Assembly (NCBI GenBank): GCA_043803105.1
Contig: JAZDKJ010000012.1
Location: 118,150 to 182,149 of the forward strand
Origin: Candidatus Woesearchaeota archaeon
GTDB taxonomy: Archaea > Nanobdellota > Nanobdellia > Woesearchaeales > JAZDKJ01
Direction: 5' to 3'
DNA: 64,000 nt
The position numbers and the translations under genes are program-made. Below, piece by piece: positions 27,639-36,475 of this stretch. The notes below the pieces were generated by a model that saw nothing but the letters and a program-made list of their open reading frames with translations, made no database searches and had not been told where the DNA came from. Each line of letters opens with the position of its first letter. Within the stretch, counting starts at the first letter, position 1.

Positions 27639-28535
27639 TTAGAACTGCACCTGGCTTTCAGCCATCTTTTCAAGCTTCTTAAACTCAAGGTCTACATGCT
27701 CCTGGACTTCTTTTATCTCATCTTGGCTCATATGCTTGAATCTTGCCTGCATCTTTAGGAATTCCTCTACTGGTTTTTGTTGTGCTGGCTTTTTTGTGAA
27801 CTTGAGGAATCCGTCCTCAATCTCGTAAAGCGGATTAATGTTTGTGTTGAATGCAGTCTTAGCTACCTCAATTGTTGTATTCGAAGGAAATGCCCATCCT
27901 ACCGGGCATGGAGTGTACACTTGTATGTAGGCAGGTCCTTTTTTTGCGAGGCCCTTCTGCACCTTTGCAATGAAGTCCTGCGGGAATGCTATGTTTGCAG
28001 TAGCCACATATACCCTGTGTGCCGCCATGATTATAGGCATGTTCTTGCTGTATCCTTGGTTTCCGTGCACCTTGGCCCCTGCTGGTGTTGTTGTTGTGGC
28101 AGCATATTTGGGTGTTGCACCACTTCTTTGTATTCCTGTGTTCATATACGCGTTGTTGTCATAGCATATGTAGCAAAAGTCATGCCCCCTCTCTGCAGCG
28201 CCAGATAATGCCTGCAGCCCAATGTCAAAGGTGCCTCCGTCCCCTGCCAAAACAAGCACATTGGTGTCCTTATTGTTCTTCTTGAGGCTTGTTTCTATTC
28301 CAGCCGCTACAGCTGCAGCATTCTCGAATGCCACATGTATCCACGGCACCCTCCAGCTTGTCTCCGGGTAAGGTGTGGACACTACTTCCATGCATCCTGT
28401 TGCATGAATCACTATGGTGTTTGCTCCTGCCGCTTTAAGTGCCATTCTGACTGCTATTGCCGGCCCACATCCTGCACATGCCCGATGTCCTGGCGCGAAA
28501 AGCTCAATTGTTGGTATGTTGTTGATTATTTCCAT
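27639..28535 (-). CDS. porB: Pyruvate:ferredoxin oxidoreductase beta subunit
   Basis: 'GHRACAGCG', TPP motif 'GDGG...YDNNAYMNTG', 'PCPVGW'. Confidence 0.95.
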   Translation of the reverse strand: MEIINNIPTIELFAPGHRACAGCGPAIAVRMALKAAGANTIVIHATGCMEVVSTPYPETSWRVPWIHVAFENAAAVAAGIETSLKKNNKDTNVLVLAGDGGTFDIGLQALSGAAERGHDFCYICYDNNAYMNTGIQRSGATPKYAATTTTPAGAKVHGNQGYSKNMPIIMAAHRVYVATANIAFPQDFIAKVQKGLAKKGPAYIQVYTPCPVGWAFPSNTTIEVAKTAFNTNINPLYEIEDGFLKFTKKPAQQKPVEEFLKMQARFKHMSQDEIKEVQEHVDLEFKKLEKMAESQVQF

Positions 28536-28814
28536 CTATTTTTCTCCTACCAGCTTGAGCTTGCTCTCAAGTGTCCTTAACTTTGTTTTGTGTTCGTTTT
28601 TTAGCCTGTCGCTGATTAGGTTGTTGCCCCATGTGTCATGTCCTGACCCGTAAAAGTTCATTCTGATCATTGCCTTTTTCCCGCATTCGCAGTGTGTTAC
28701 CTTGTAGAGTACTTCTCTGTGGTGCATGGTGTTCCATTGCCTTTGGTCCATGCTCCTGCCGCAGTATAGGCATGTCTCTTTTTGGTGTTTCTCTCTTGCT
28801 AGGTGTTCTTTCAT
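28536..28814 (-). CDS. Small zinc-ribbon hypothetical protein inside por operon
   Basis: CLYC...CEC...GSGHD; ATGA overlap with porA stop. Confidence 0.7.
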   Translation of the reverse strand: MKEHLAREKHQKETCLYCGRSMDQRQWNTMHHREVLYKVTHCECGKKAMIRMNFYGSGHDTWGNNLISDRLKNEHKTKLRTLESKLKLVGEK

Positions 28815-29944
28815 TGCATCCACTGTGTTGTTCTCTGCTTCTCTAGCTGTCCTGCCAGTTTTTTTATGTCTTGGATAGTTATGTCCTTGCCTCCAAGGCC
28901 CATTACATATCCGTTGATGATTATTTTGGATTTCTGGAGTGTGCTTCTTACGTCTGTTAGGAGTGCTCCCTCGAATCCAAGTGATATGTCTCTGTCGATG
29001 ACTGCTATTGCGTTCATTTTTTTTGTTGCCTTGATTATTTCGTTCCGTGGGAACGGTCTATATGACTTGATCTTGATTAGTCCTATCTTTTTCCCTTTCT
29101 TTCTTAGCTCGTCAATCGCGACCTTGGCCGTTCCGCATGCTGTTCCCATTGCCACTATTGCCTGCTTTGCATCCTCGGTCCTGTAGGTTTCTATTAGCCC
29201 GTTGCCGTAGCTCCTGCCAAATCTTGTCTGAAACTCCGTGTTTGCTATGGAGATTATGCTGAGCGCTTCAGTCATTGCCTCCTGCTGTTGTTCCTTGAAA
29301 TGCATAAAACTATCAGGGAACCCTATAGGTCCCATTGTGATTGGCTTTTTGGGGTCAAGAAAGTACCTGGGCTTGTACGTTGGCAGGAATCCGTCCACTT
29401 TCTGCTGTGCAGGTATGTCTACCGGTTCAAATACATGCGTTAGTGTGAATCCATCCAGGCAGATCATGACTGGTAGCAGGACTTTTTCTGCAATCTTATA
29501 TGCCATTATTGTGCTGTCAAGTGCTTCCTGCCCGCTCTCAACATAAAGTTGTATCCACCCTGAATCCCTGCTTGATATGCTATCCTGCTGATCGTTCCAG
29601 ATGTTTATTGGTGCTGAGAGTGTTCTGTTTGCTACAGCCATTACTATTGGCATCCTCATTCCTGATGCTATGAAAAGGACCTCATGCATCAAGGCCAAGC
29701 CTTGTGATGCTGTTGCTGTGAATGTCCTTGAACCTGCTGCCTGTGCACCTATACATGCGCTAATTGCTGAGTGTTCTGATTCTGTGTCTATCATGAGTGC
29801 GTCCATCTCGCCGTCGTTGATGTAGTCCGCGAGCCTTTCCACCATGTGTGTTTGTGGGGTTATAGGATACATTGGTATTACATCAGGCCTGCAAAGCTTC
29901 ACTGCCTGTGCCACTGCCTCTGATGCCTCCAGTACCTTTCTCAT
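28811..29944 (-). CDS. porA: Pyruvate:ferredoxin oxidoreductase alpha subunit
   Basis: 'YPITPQT', 'ESEHSA', 'TATASQGL'; ATG 29944 after GGAGAGGT. Confidence 0.95.
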   Translation of the reverse strand: MRKVLEASEAVAQAVKLCRPDVIPMYPITPQTHMVERLADYINDGEMDALMIDTESEHSAISACIGAQAAGSRTFTATASQGLALMHEVLFIASGMRMPIVMAVANRTLSAPINIWNDQQDSISSRDSGWIQLYVESGQEALDSTIMAYKIAEKVLLPVMICLDGFTLTHVFEPVDIPAQQKVDGFLPTYKPRYFLDPKKPITMGPIGFPDSFMHFKEQQQEAMTEALSIISIANTEFQTRFGRSYGNGLIETYRTEDAKQAIVAMGTACGTAKVAIDELRKKGKKIGLIKIKSYRPFPRNEIIKATKKMNAIAVIDRDISLGFEGALLTDVRSTLQKSKIIINGYVMGLGGKDITIQDIKKLAGQLEKQRTTQWMQ

Positions 29945-30243
29945 TTGACCTCTCCTTTTAGCCAGCTCTCGCAAGCGCTGTTTGCCGATGTTCTTATCAT
30001 TTCTATGCATGGTGTTCCATAGGAATGGATTTTCTCGACTTCATATGATACCTTGCTGAATTTTTTTTCGATGGTCTTCGCGAATAATGCATATTCTGTC
30101 TTGCTTTCTATCTTTCCTTTCCAGGTATACATCGAGCTTATGGGAAAAAAGTTTGCGCACGCTATTAGTTTCTTCCTAAGAAGCCACCTGCTTATTTTTT
30201 TTGCTTCTGTTTTGTTCTTGCACGTGATATATACCATTATCAT
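29941..30243 (-). CDS. cutA: Divalent-cation tolerance protein CutA
   Basis: 'VYITC', 'LIACAN', 'SMYTWKG', 'HSYGTPC'. Confidence 0.9.
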   Translation of the reverse strand: MIMVYITCKNKTEAKKISRWLLRKKLIACANFFPISSMYTWKGKIESKTEYALFAKTIEKKFSKVSYEVEKIHSYGTPCIEMIRTSANSACESWLKGEVK

Positions 30244-30491
30244 TTTTCCTCTTTGACCATTGTGATTGCCTTCACTGGGCATTCTGTTGAGCAAATTCCG
30301 CATCCCTTGCAATAGTCATAATTTACCTCAATGTTCTCGCTTATCGCATTTTCAGGGCAGAACTGCCAGCATATGTGGCATTTGGTGCATTTTGACATAT
30401 CCCAGACAGGCCTCATCGTTCTCCATCCGCCAGTCTTTGTTTTGGCAGTGCTTCCAGGCTCTGTTATTATTGCTCCAGTGTTGTATTTCAT
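30240..30491 (-). CDS. porD: Pyruvate:ferredoxin oxidoreductase delta (ferredoxin) subunit
   Basis: 'KTGGWRTMRP', CTKCHICWQFCP, CKGCGICSTECP. Confidence 0.93.
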   Translation of the reverse strand: MKYNTGAIITEPGSTAKTKTGGWRTMRPVWDMSKCTKCHICWQFCPENAISENIEVNYDYCKGCGICSTECPVKAITMVKEEK

Positions 30492-31036
30492 TTTGACCTG
30501 TTGCATACTGCCCTTATTGCCTTCTTGTTTAATTCCGCAAGCTCTGCTCCTTTTTTCCTCAATATGGTTTCGTCGATTGCTTTTTCGAGGCTTCCGAGGC
30601 TGACAGCCTTTGTGATTGCAGCGAATGCTCCTAGCATTGCAGTGTTCACTATTGGCTTCTTGAATATCTCCATGGCACAGCTTGTCGCATCGACTGCGTG
30701 CACCTCAAATTCGCCCTTTATCTTCAGCTCTTTTGGGCTCCTGTTGCTGTTCACAATTAATATTCCGTCCCTCTTCAGGCCGTCTGTGACATTGACGCAT
30801 TCAACCAATGATGCGTCAAGCACAAGCACAACGTCAGGGTTGTATATTTGGCTTCTCAGGTTGATATGCTCATCCGAGATTCTTGCGAACGCCTGCACAG
30901 GCGCCCCTGTTCTCTCCACTCCAAACATTGGGAAAGTCTGGCTTTCCTTACCGTCGTAGAAAGCTGCTATTGCAAGAATTTGTCCTGTCGTCACTGCGCC
31001 TTGGCCACCTCTGCCATGGATTCTTATCTCAATCAT
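30488..31036 (-). CDS. porG: Pyruvate:ferredoxin oxidoreductase gamma subunit
   Basis: 'EIRIHGRGGQGAVT', 'FGVERTGAP', 'NTAMLGA'. Confidence 0.95.
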   Translation of the reverse strand: MIEIRIHGRGGQGAVTTGQILAIAAFYDGKESQTFPMFGVERTGAPVQAFARISDEHINLRSQIYNPDVVLVLDASLVECVNVTDGLKRDGILIVNSNRSPKELKIKGEFEVHAVDATSCAMEIFKKPIVNTAMLGAFAAITKAVSLGSLEKAIDETILRKKGAELAELNKKAIRAVCNRSK

Positions 31037-31247
31037 CAAGAATCAATAAAAAACGGGCTTTTAAAAAGCTTTCTGTGGTAGTTAAACAATTGCAGAGTGG
31101 TATCAAACGCGTTTTTGTCATCATTAGCCTGTTGCCCTCCTCAGCCTTTGGATTATAAGCAATGTCAAAAGCGGTACACCAATGGCACAAGGAATGCACT
31201 AGTTCCAAAAGCGAAATTTTTTAAGTAGGCTCCTCTTTTTCTTCGTC

Positions 31248-32111
31248 ATGTCATATTACTTGTTTGCAAACATATTGGGCAATCATGTATTCGATGAGTC
31301 CGTAAATCTGGTTGCCTCAGGAGACACTGCAAGATACAATTGCCTGCTACCTAGTCTAGAGATGCAAAAGAAGTTCCTTGCACATTTCAAGAATCCTGTT
31401 TTTTTCCCTGTATTCCATGAAAAGAATATGCTACTGACAAGGCAAGCACTGAAAGATGCTGTCGGTCCAGACTCATTCATTATTCAGGCAACAAGTGCAA
31501 TTGAAGAGCTTGACAAGCATGCCAACGGCCTTGTCAAAAGGCTTCGTGAATGGTACGAACTTTACAACCCTGAGCTGTCGCGCGAGATTCCTGACAATCT
31601 TGCATTTGTTCAGCAGGTCTGTCTAAGCCCGCCAAAGCCTAAAGACTCTGCAGGTGCAGACTTAACCGACAAAGATCTTTCTCCCATTGTTGACCTTGCC
31701 AAATCTTGCCAAGAGCTATTTACACTTCGCCAAAGCTATGAAGCTTATCTTGAATCCATCCTAAAAAATTCTGCTCCGAACCTTCTTTCAATCACTGGCG
31801 CGCTTATCGGTGCAAAGTTGATCTGCCGGGCTGGTTCGCTAAAGCATCTCTCAGAGATTCCTGCTTCCACAGTACAACTGCTTGGGGCAGAGAAAGCCCT
31901 ATTTCGCCATATGAGGACTGGTGCAAGGCCTCCAAAGTATGGTATACTCTACCAGCACCAGCTTATTCAACGCGCAGGCAAGCAGATGCAGGGCAAGGCA
32001 GCACGGCTTTTAGCAGATAAGATTTCGATTGCAGCAAAGGTTGATTACTTCAAAGGCGAGTTTGTTGGGGACAAGCTCTTCAAAGACATCGAGAAAAAGA
32101 TGAAAAAATGA
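31248..32111 (+). CDS. nop5: Nop5 (Nop56/58) box C/D RNP protein
   Basis: 'RLREWYELYNPEL', 'APNL', 'PASTVQLLGAEKALF', 'PPKYG'. Confidence 0.93.
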   Translation: MSYYLFANILGNHVFDESVNLVASGDTARYNCLLPSLEMQKKFLAHFKNPVFFPVFHEKNMLLTRQALKDAVGPDSFIIQATSAIEELDKHANGLVKRLREWYELYNPELSREIPDNLAFVQQVCLSPPKPKDSAGADLTDKDLSPIVDLAKSCQELFTLRQSYEAYLESILKNSAPNLLSITGALIGAKLICRAGSLKHLSEIPASTVQLLGAEKALFRHMRTGARPPKYGILYQHQLIQRAGKQMQGKAARLLADKISIAAKVDYFKGEFVGDKLFKDIEKKMKK

Positions 32112-32773
32112 TCACTCAATCAAAAATCTTTGAGGTTTTTGAGGACAAGAAATTAAGGAGGCTTTATACAAAGAACCTTGTTCCTGGTTCCACTGTCTAT
32201 GCCGAAAGGCTTGTTGTCAAGGATACTGTTGAATACAGGGAATGGGATCCTGCCAGAAGCAAGCTTGCAGCCACAATCTTAAAGGGTAGCCTGAACATCA
32301 GCTTAAGGAAAGATGATGTTGTGCTTTATCTGGGCGCTGCCTCCGGTACTACAGTATCCCACGTCTCTGACATTGTCGGCACGAAAGGCTTTGTCTTTGC
32401 CATAGATTTTGCTCCCAGGGTTGTCCGGGACCTTTATTTTTTGTGCATGAAAAGGAACAATATTGCTCCTATTCTTGCAGATGCAAACAATCCAGAGTCT
32501 TACCTTGCCCGGGTATGCCAGGTTGATGTCCTCTACCAAGACATTGCCCAGAAGAACCAGCTAGAAATTTTCTTTAAGAACGTTGACCTCTTCCTTAAGC
32601 CCGGGGGTTATGCTCTTTTGGCTCTGAAAGCAAGGAGTATTGACGTTACAAAGAAGCCCAAGGATATCTTCTCAGAAGTCAAGGCTAGACTCTCCAAGAG
32701 CCTTACCGTCATTGATTATCGAGAGCTTGCTCCTTTTCAATTGGATCATTGCTTCTTTATCTGCAAGAAGTAG
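32108..32773 (+). CDS. flpA: Fibrillarin-like 2'-O-methyltransferase
   Basis: 'YREWDPARSKLAA', 'YLGAASGTTVSH', 'YQDIAQ', 'KARSID'. Confidence 0.96.
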   Translation: MITQSKIFEVFEDKKLRRLYTKNLVPGSTVYAERLVVKDTVEYREWDPARSKLAATILKGSLNISLRKDDVVLYLGAASGTTVSHVSDIVGTKGFVFAIDFAPRVVRDLYFLCMKRNNIAPILADANNPESYLARVCQVDVLYQDIAQKNQLEIFFKNVDLFLKPGGYALLALKARSIDVTKKPKDIFSEVKARLSKSLTVIDYRELAPFQLDHCFFICKK

Positions 32774-34297
32774 CTACTTTTTGCCAAATTTTGCTATGCT
32801 ATTGATTAGTTGTCTCGCCCTGTCTGTATCCAATGGAAGGTTCTGATTCAGCCTTTCAAGCAAGTAAGGTCTCTTCTTGTACAGAGAAACAACAAGCCTT
32901 CCTGCCCAGTCTTTGCCATGAAAATGTTCGAGTGTTTGGTAATAGTCTGGCATCATCTCTTGTGGTGTCCATCCCCCTTGTGCTAATCTAACCTCTGATA
33001 GCGTGTAACAGCATCGCTTGTGGTCATAAGTGATTTTTGGCTCGTAGAGTTCCTGATATGGATTTTTGCTCTCTACAGGTTTGTGATCTCTTCTTTCATT
33101 AGCAAATATGTCTGGCTTGTACTTTGGCAGAGTCTGTCTCTCAAGTGCCAGCGGAGGTAGCCCATTAAAAGCAAGGATCCTCATTGAATGCCCTGGGTCG
33201 CCTTTGTCGACATAATCCATTGCAACTACTTCATTTTCTGTCCCTTCTTTTTCATATGCCAGGGCCTTGAATTCATATTGTCTTGAAAGGCTGTCCCGCA
33301 GGTCACTAAACCAATGTCTAAATGGGCTCCAAAGTTGGTTTGTTGCGTCCCATATCCACTCTCTCTGCACTACCTCAAAACCTGCTTTCCCTGAGTTTAT
33401 TAGGCTCTTGGTGATTGGGTCATATATCACTTCAAGTCGTTTTACCTTCTTGTTTATTGTTGCCTTATTTTGGCCTTGTTGCGAGAAGTAAGCCAGAACC
33501 GCGCTTACCATTAGGTTAGAGAGTCTTGGTTGTTGACCTTTCCTTATCACTTTGTAGTCTGCACTGGTTGCCTGAGCCTCTAACGGGTGGAATGGAAGCC
33601 ATATTCTTACCCCTCGTCTTGACATAACCTCTTCAAGGTTCTTGACATTTTGAGGTGAATACCTTGCGTAATAAAGCAATGACGCAATGTCAGGGTCTAC
33701 GTAGCCTGCGTGTGAATAACCAAACTTCTCTTGGATGCTCTTGAACTCTTTGCAGTCACAGCCCACATCAGATAGTCTTTCCTTGCTTGTCTCAAAAGGT
33801 CCTGCAATATGCACTTCATGGAATTTGCCTCTTATCCCGTGTGAGGAATCTCTGCCAATTGCCCTGCCCTTTGCTCTTACAGAACCACTTAGCCAGATCT
33901 CGCCCTGATAAGGCACTTGAACTTTGTGAAAGACTTTGTCCCCGCCCTCTCTCCAAAGATTCTTGTTGCCATATCTTCTCGAGATCCAGTAAATGACCTG
34001 TGCCTCTAATTGCTCAGGCTTAAGGCTCGATAGCTTCACCTTTTGTCCTTCTGATTCTACATAGACATCATGGAAAATTGGTGAGAATACTTTTTCCTCT
34101 TTCTCAAACCTTAGCCACTCTTCCAGATTTTCTCTTCGTACAGCTGTTCTTGATGCCCTCCATCTCCCCAAAAAGAAAGAGAAAGGGTCAACAAGCGTTT
34201 TGTTTTCTCCATTGTACAGCGCAAGAACTACATTTATTGCCCTAAATGGTACGTATTTATCATTTCTTTCAAGCCCCTGCATATACTGGGAATACAT
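32774..34297 (-). CDS. Hypothetical protein (507 aa), degenerate SWIM-like CxC
   Basis: Long ORF; 'GCDCKEF...VDPDIASLL'. Confidence 0.7.
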   Translation of the reverse strand: MYSQYMQGLERNDKYVPFRAINVVLALYNGENKTLVDPFSFFLGRWRASRTAVRRENLEEWLRFEKEEKVFSPIFHDVYVESEGQKVKLSSLKPEQLEAQVIYWISRRYGNKNLWREGGDKVFHKVQVPYQGEIWLSGSVRAKGRAIGRDSSHGIRGKFHEVHIAGPFETSKERLSDVGCDCKEFKSIQEKFGYSHAGYVDPDIASLLYYARYSPQNVKNLEEVMSRRGVRIWLPFHPLEAQATSADYKVIRKGQQPRLSNLMVSAVLAYFSQQGQNKATINKKVKRLEVIYDPITKSLINSGKAGFEVVQREWIWDATNQLWSPFRHWFSDLRDSLSRQYEFKALAYEKEGTENEVVAMDYVDKGDPGHSMRILAFNGLPPLALERQTLPKYKPDIFANERRDHKPVESKNPYQELYEPKITYDHKRCCYTLSEVRLAQGGWTPQEMMPDYYQTLEHFHGKDWAGRLVVSLYKKRPYLLERLNQNLPLDTDRARQLINSIAKFGKK

Positions 34298-34413
34298 TTT
34301 CAGGTCTTAAAGCTTTTCCTCTTGCCTTGTGCAAACCTTTAAAAATCAACAGCAAATTAATCCTCTGTGTCTGGCCGCGTATTTGTTGCTAAGTTTCCTT
34401 CATCGGTGTTTTC

Positions 34414-35004
34414 ATGTTTGACACGATAAAAACAGCATACAAGAAAGATCCTGCCTTAACGAAAGGCATTACAGCCCTAGAGGTTATTCTCTATCAAGGT
34501 GTTCATGCAATCTGGATGCATCGTCTTGCTCATGCGCTTTACAGGCTAAGAATTCCTTTTATTCCAAGGTTGATTTCTCAGATTAACAGGTTCATCACAG
34601 GCATTGAGATTCATCCCGGGGCAAGGATAGGCAAGCGTTTCTTTATTGATCACGGCATGGGTATTGTCATTGGCGAGACCACAGAGATTCGAGATGATGT
34701 TATGATGTATCATGGTGTAACACTTGGCGGCCATGGTTGGTGGACTGACAAGAAAGGCGCAAAAAGGCATCCGACGATTAATAGTAATGTGACTCTTGGG
34801 GTTGGCTGCAAGGTTCTTGGCCCAATTACTGTGGGAGAAAACTCAAAGATTGGCGCTGATGCAATTGTTTTAGACGATGTTCCTCCAAATTCCACTGTTG
34901 TCTCAGAGGTTGGCAAGTATATAGTTAGGGATGGTGTGAAGATGAGGAAGATAGAGCCAGTGACTGTTCCAGAGGATGAATGGTTCAAGAAGGCAAAACA
35001 ATAA
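34414..35004 (+). CDS. cysE: Serine O-acetyltransferase
   Basis: 'DPA', '[12 protein letters not shown]', 'FIDHGMG', 'GVTLGG', 'KRHPT'. Confidence 0.93.
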   Translation: MFDTIKTAYKKDPALTKGITALEVILYQGVHAIWMHRLAHALYRLRIPFIPRLISQINRFITGIEIHPGARIGKRFFIDHGMGIVIGETTEIRDDVMMYHGVTLGGHGWWTDKKGAKRHPTINSNVTLGVGCKVLGPITVGENSKIGADAIVLDDVPPNSTVVSEVGKYIVRDGVKMRKIEPVTVPEDEWFKKAKQ

Positions 35005-35030
35005 AAACAGCTGCCACTTAACCTGATAAA

Positions 35031-36395
35031 ATGGAACTCAGATTACACAACACCCTTGGAAACAAGATAGAACCATTTGTGCCAATTAAAAAGGGTATTG
35101 TTAGCATGTATTCATGCGGACCAACCGTTTATTGGTACCAGCATATCGGAAACCTTAGGTCCTACATTTTCTCAGATATTCTCAGAAGGGTGCTGTTGTA
35201 CAACGGTTTCAATGTTTTACATGTCATGAACATAACAGACGTTGGTCATCTCACCTCTGACGCTGATGAGGGTGAAGACAAGATTGAGAAGGCCGCCCAA
35301 AAGGAAGGCAAGAAGGCAGAAGAGATAGCGCAACATTATTGGACAGTCTTTAAGGATGATTGCAGCAAACTCAATATTATCGAGCCTAGCGTCTGGTGCA
35401 AGGCAACCCAGCACATCAAGGAGCAGATTGCCTTGATTCAAAAACTGGAGGCAAAAGGCTACACCTACAGGACTGATGACGGGATTTATTTTGACACTTC
35501 AAAATTCAAGGACTATGGTAAGTTAGCCAGGTTAAAAATTGAAGGTCTTGAAGCTGGCAAAAGGGTTGATTTGAAGGACAAGAAAAACATCACAGATTTT
35601 GCGCTATGGAAATTTTCCGAAGAGCCTGGCAAAAGGCAGCAGGAGTGGCCCAGCCCTTGGGGGATTGGTTTTCCTGGCTGGCACATTGAGTGTTCTGCAA
35701 TGTCCATGAGGTATTTGGGTGAGACGTTTGACATCCATACCGGCGGCATTGACCATATTCCTGTTCATCATACGAATGAGATTGCCCAGTCTGAGGCTGC
35801 AACCGGAAAAAAGTTTGTTAATTATTGGTTGCATGGTGCTTTCCTGACTTTCAAGGGTGAAAAGGTAAGCAAGAGCAAGGGTGGCCTTTATACAATATCA
35901 GAGCTTGAAGCCTTGGGCTTCCAGCCACTTGATTACAGGTATTTCGCTTTCACAGCCCATTATCGGATGCCTCTTGAATTCTCTATTGAAAACCTTCAAA
36001 ATGCAAAAAATTCCTATACAAGGTTGAAGAATATAGTCGCTGAATTGACTGATGATAAGGAACTGAACAGGGAATACCTCAGCGAATTTGAAAAAGAGAT
36101 AAATGAAGACCTCAACATGCCCAATGCTATGGCTGTATTATGGAGACTATTAAGGGATCCAGACGCAAAAGGCAAACTCAATGCTGTAAGAGAAATGGAT
36201 AAGGTTTTTGGCCTTGACTTGCTGAGAAAAGAAGAAGTGACCATGCCCGATGATGTTAAGGATTTGGTGGAACAGCGGGAAAAGGTAAGGAAAAATAAGG
36301 ACTTTGCAGCTGCTGACAGGATTCGTGAAGAAATTAAGAAAAAAGGATTTCTGCTTGATGATACAAAGGATGGTGTCAGGTTAAAGAAGATTTGA
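35031..36395 (+). CDS. cysS: Cysteinyl-tRNA synthetase
   Basis: 'YSCGPTVY', HIGN, '[10 protein letters not shown]', 'DIHTGG', KVSKS. Confidence 0.97.
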   Translation: MELRLHNTLGNKIEPFVPIKKGIVSMYSCGPTVYWYQHIGNLRSYIFSDILRRVLLYNGFNVLHVMNITDVGHLTSDADEGEDKIEKAAQKEGKKAEEIAQHYWTVFKDDCSKLNIIEPSVWCKATQHIKEQIALIQKLEAKGYTYRTDDGIYFDTSKFKDYGKLARLKIEGLEAGKRVDLKDKKNITDFALWKFSEEPGKRQQEWPSPWGIGFPGWHIECSAMSMRYLGETFDIHTGGIDHIPVHHTNEIAQSEAATGKKFVNYWLHGAFLTFKGEKVSKSKGGLYTISELEALGFQPLDYRYFAFTAHYRMPLEFSIENLQNAKNSYTRLKNIVAELTDDKELNREYLSEFEKEINEDLNMPNAMAVLWRLLRDPDAKGKLNAVREMDKVFGLDLLRKEEVTMPDDVKDLVEQREKVRKNKDFAAADRIREEIKKKGFLLDDTKDGVRLKKI

Positions 36396-36475
36396 ATCAC
36401 ATAGCCAACTGCCGGGACATTACTTTGCATTAAATCAGCGCAGGAAAGATTCCTATAAAACTTATAAGGCTTTAG

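Noticed and set aside
31040-31247. Possible box C/D sRNA next to nop5 (minus strand CTGA...ATGATGA)
   Set aside because: No convincing terminal C and D boxes or terminal stem, and no guide target could be verified.
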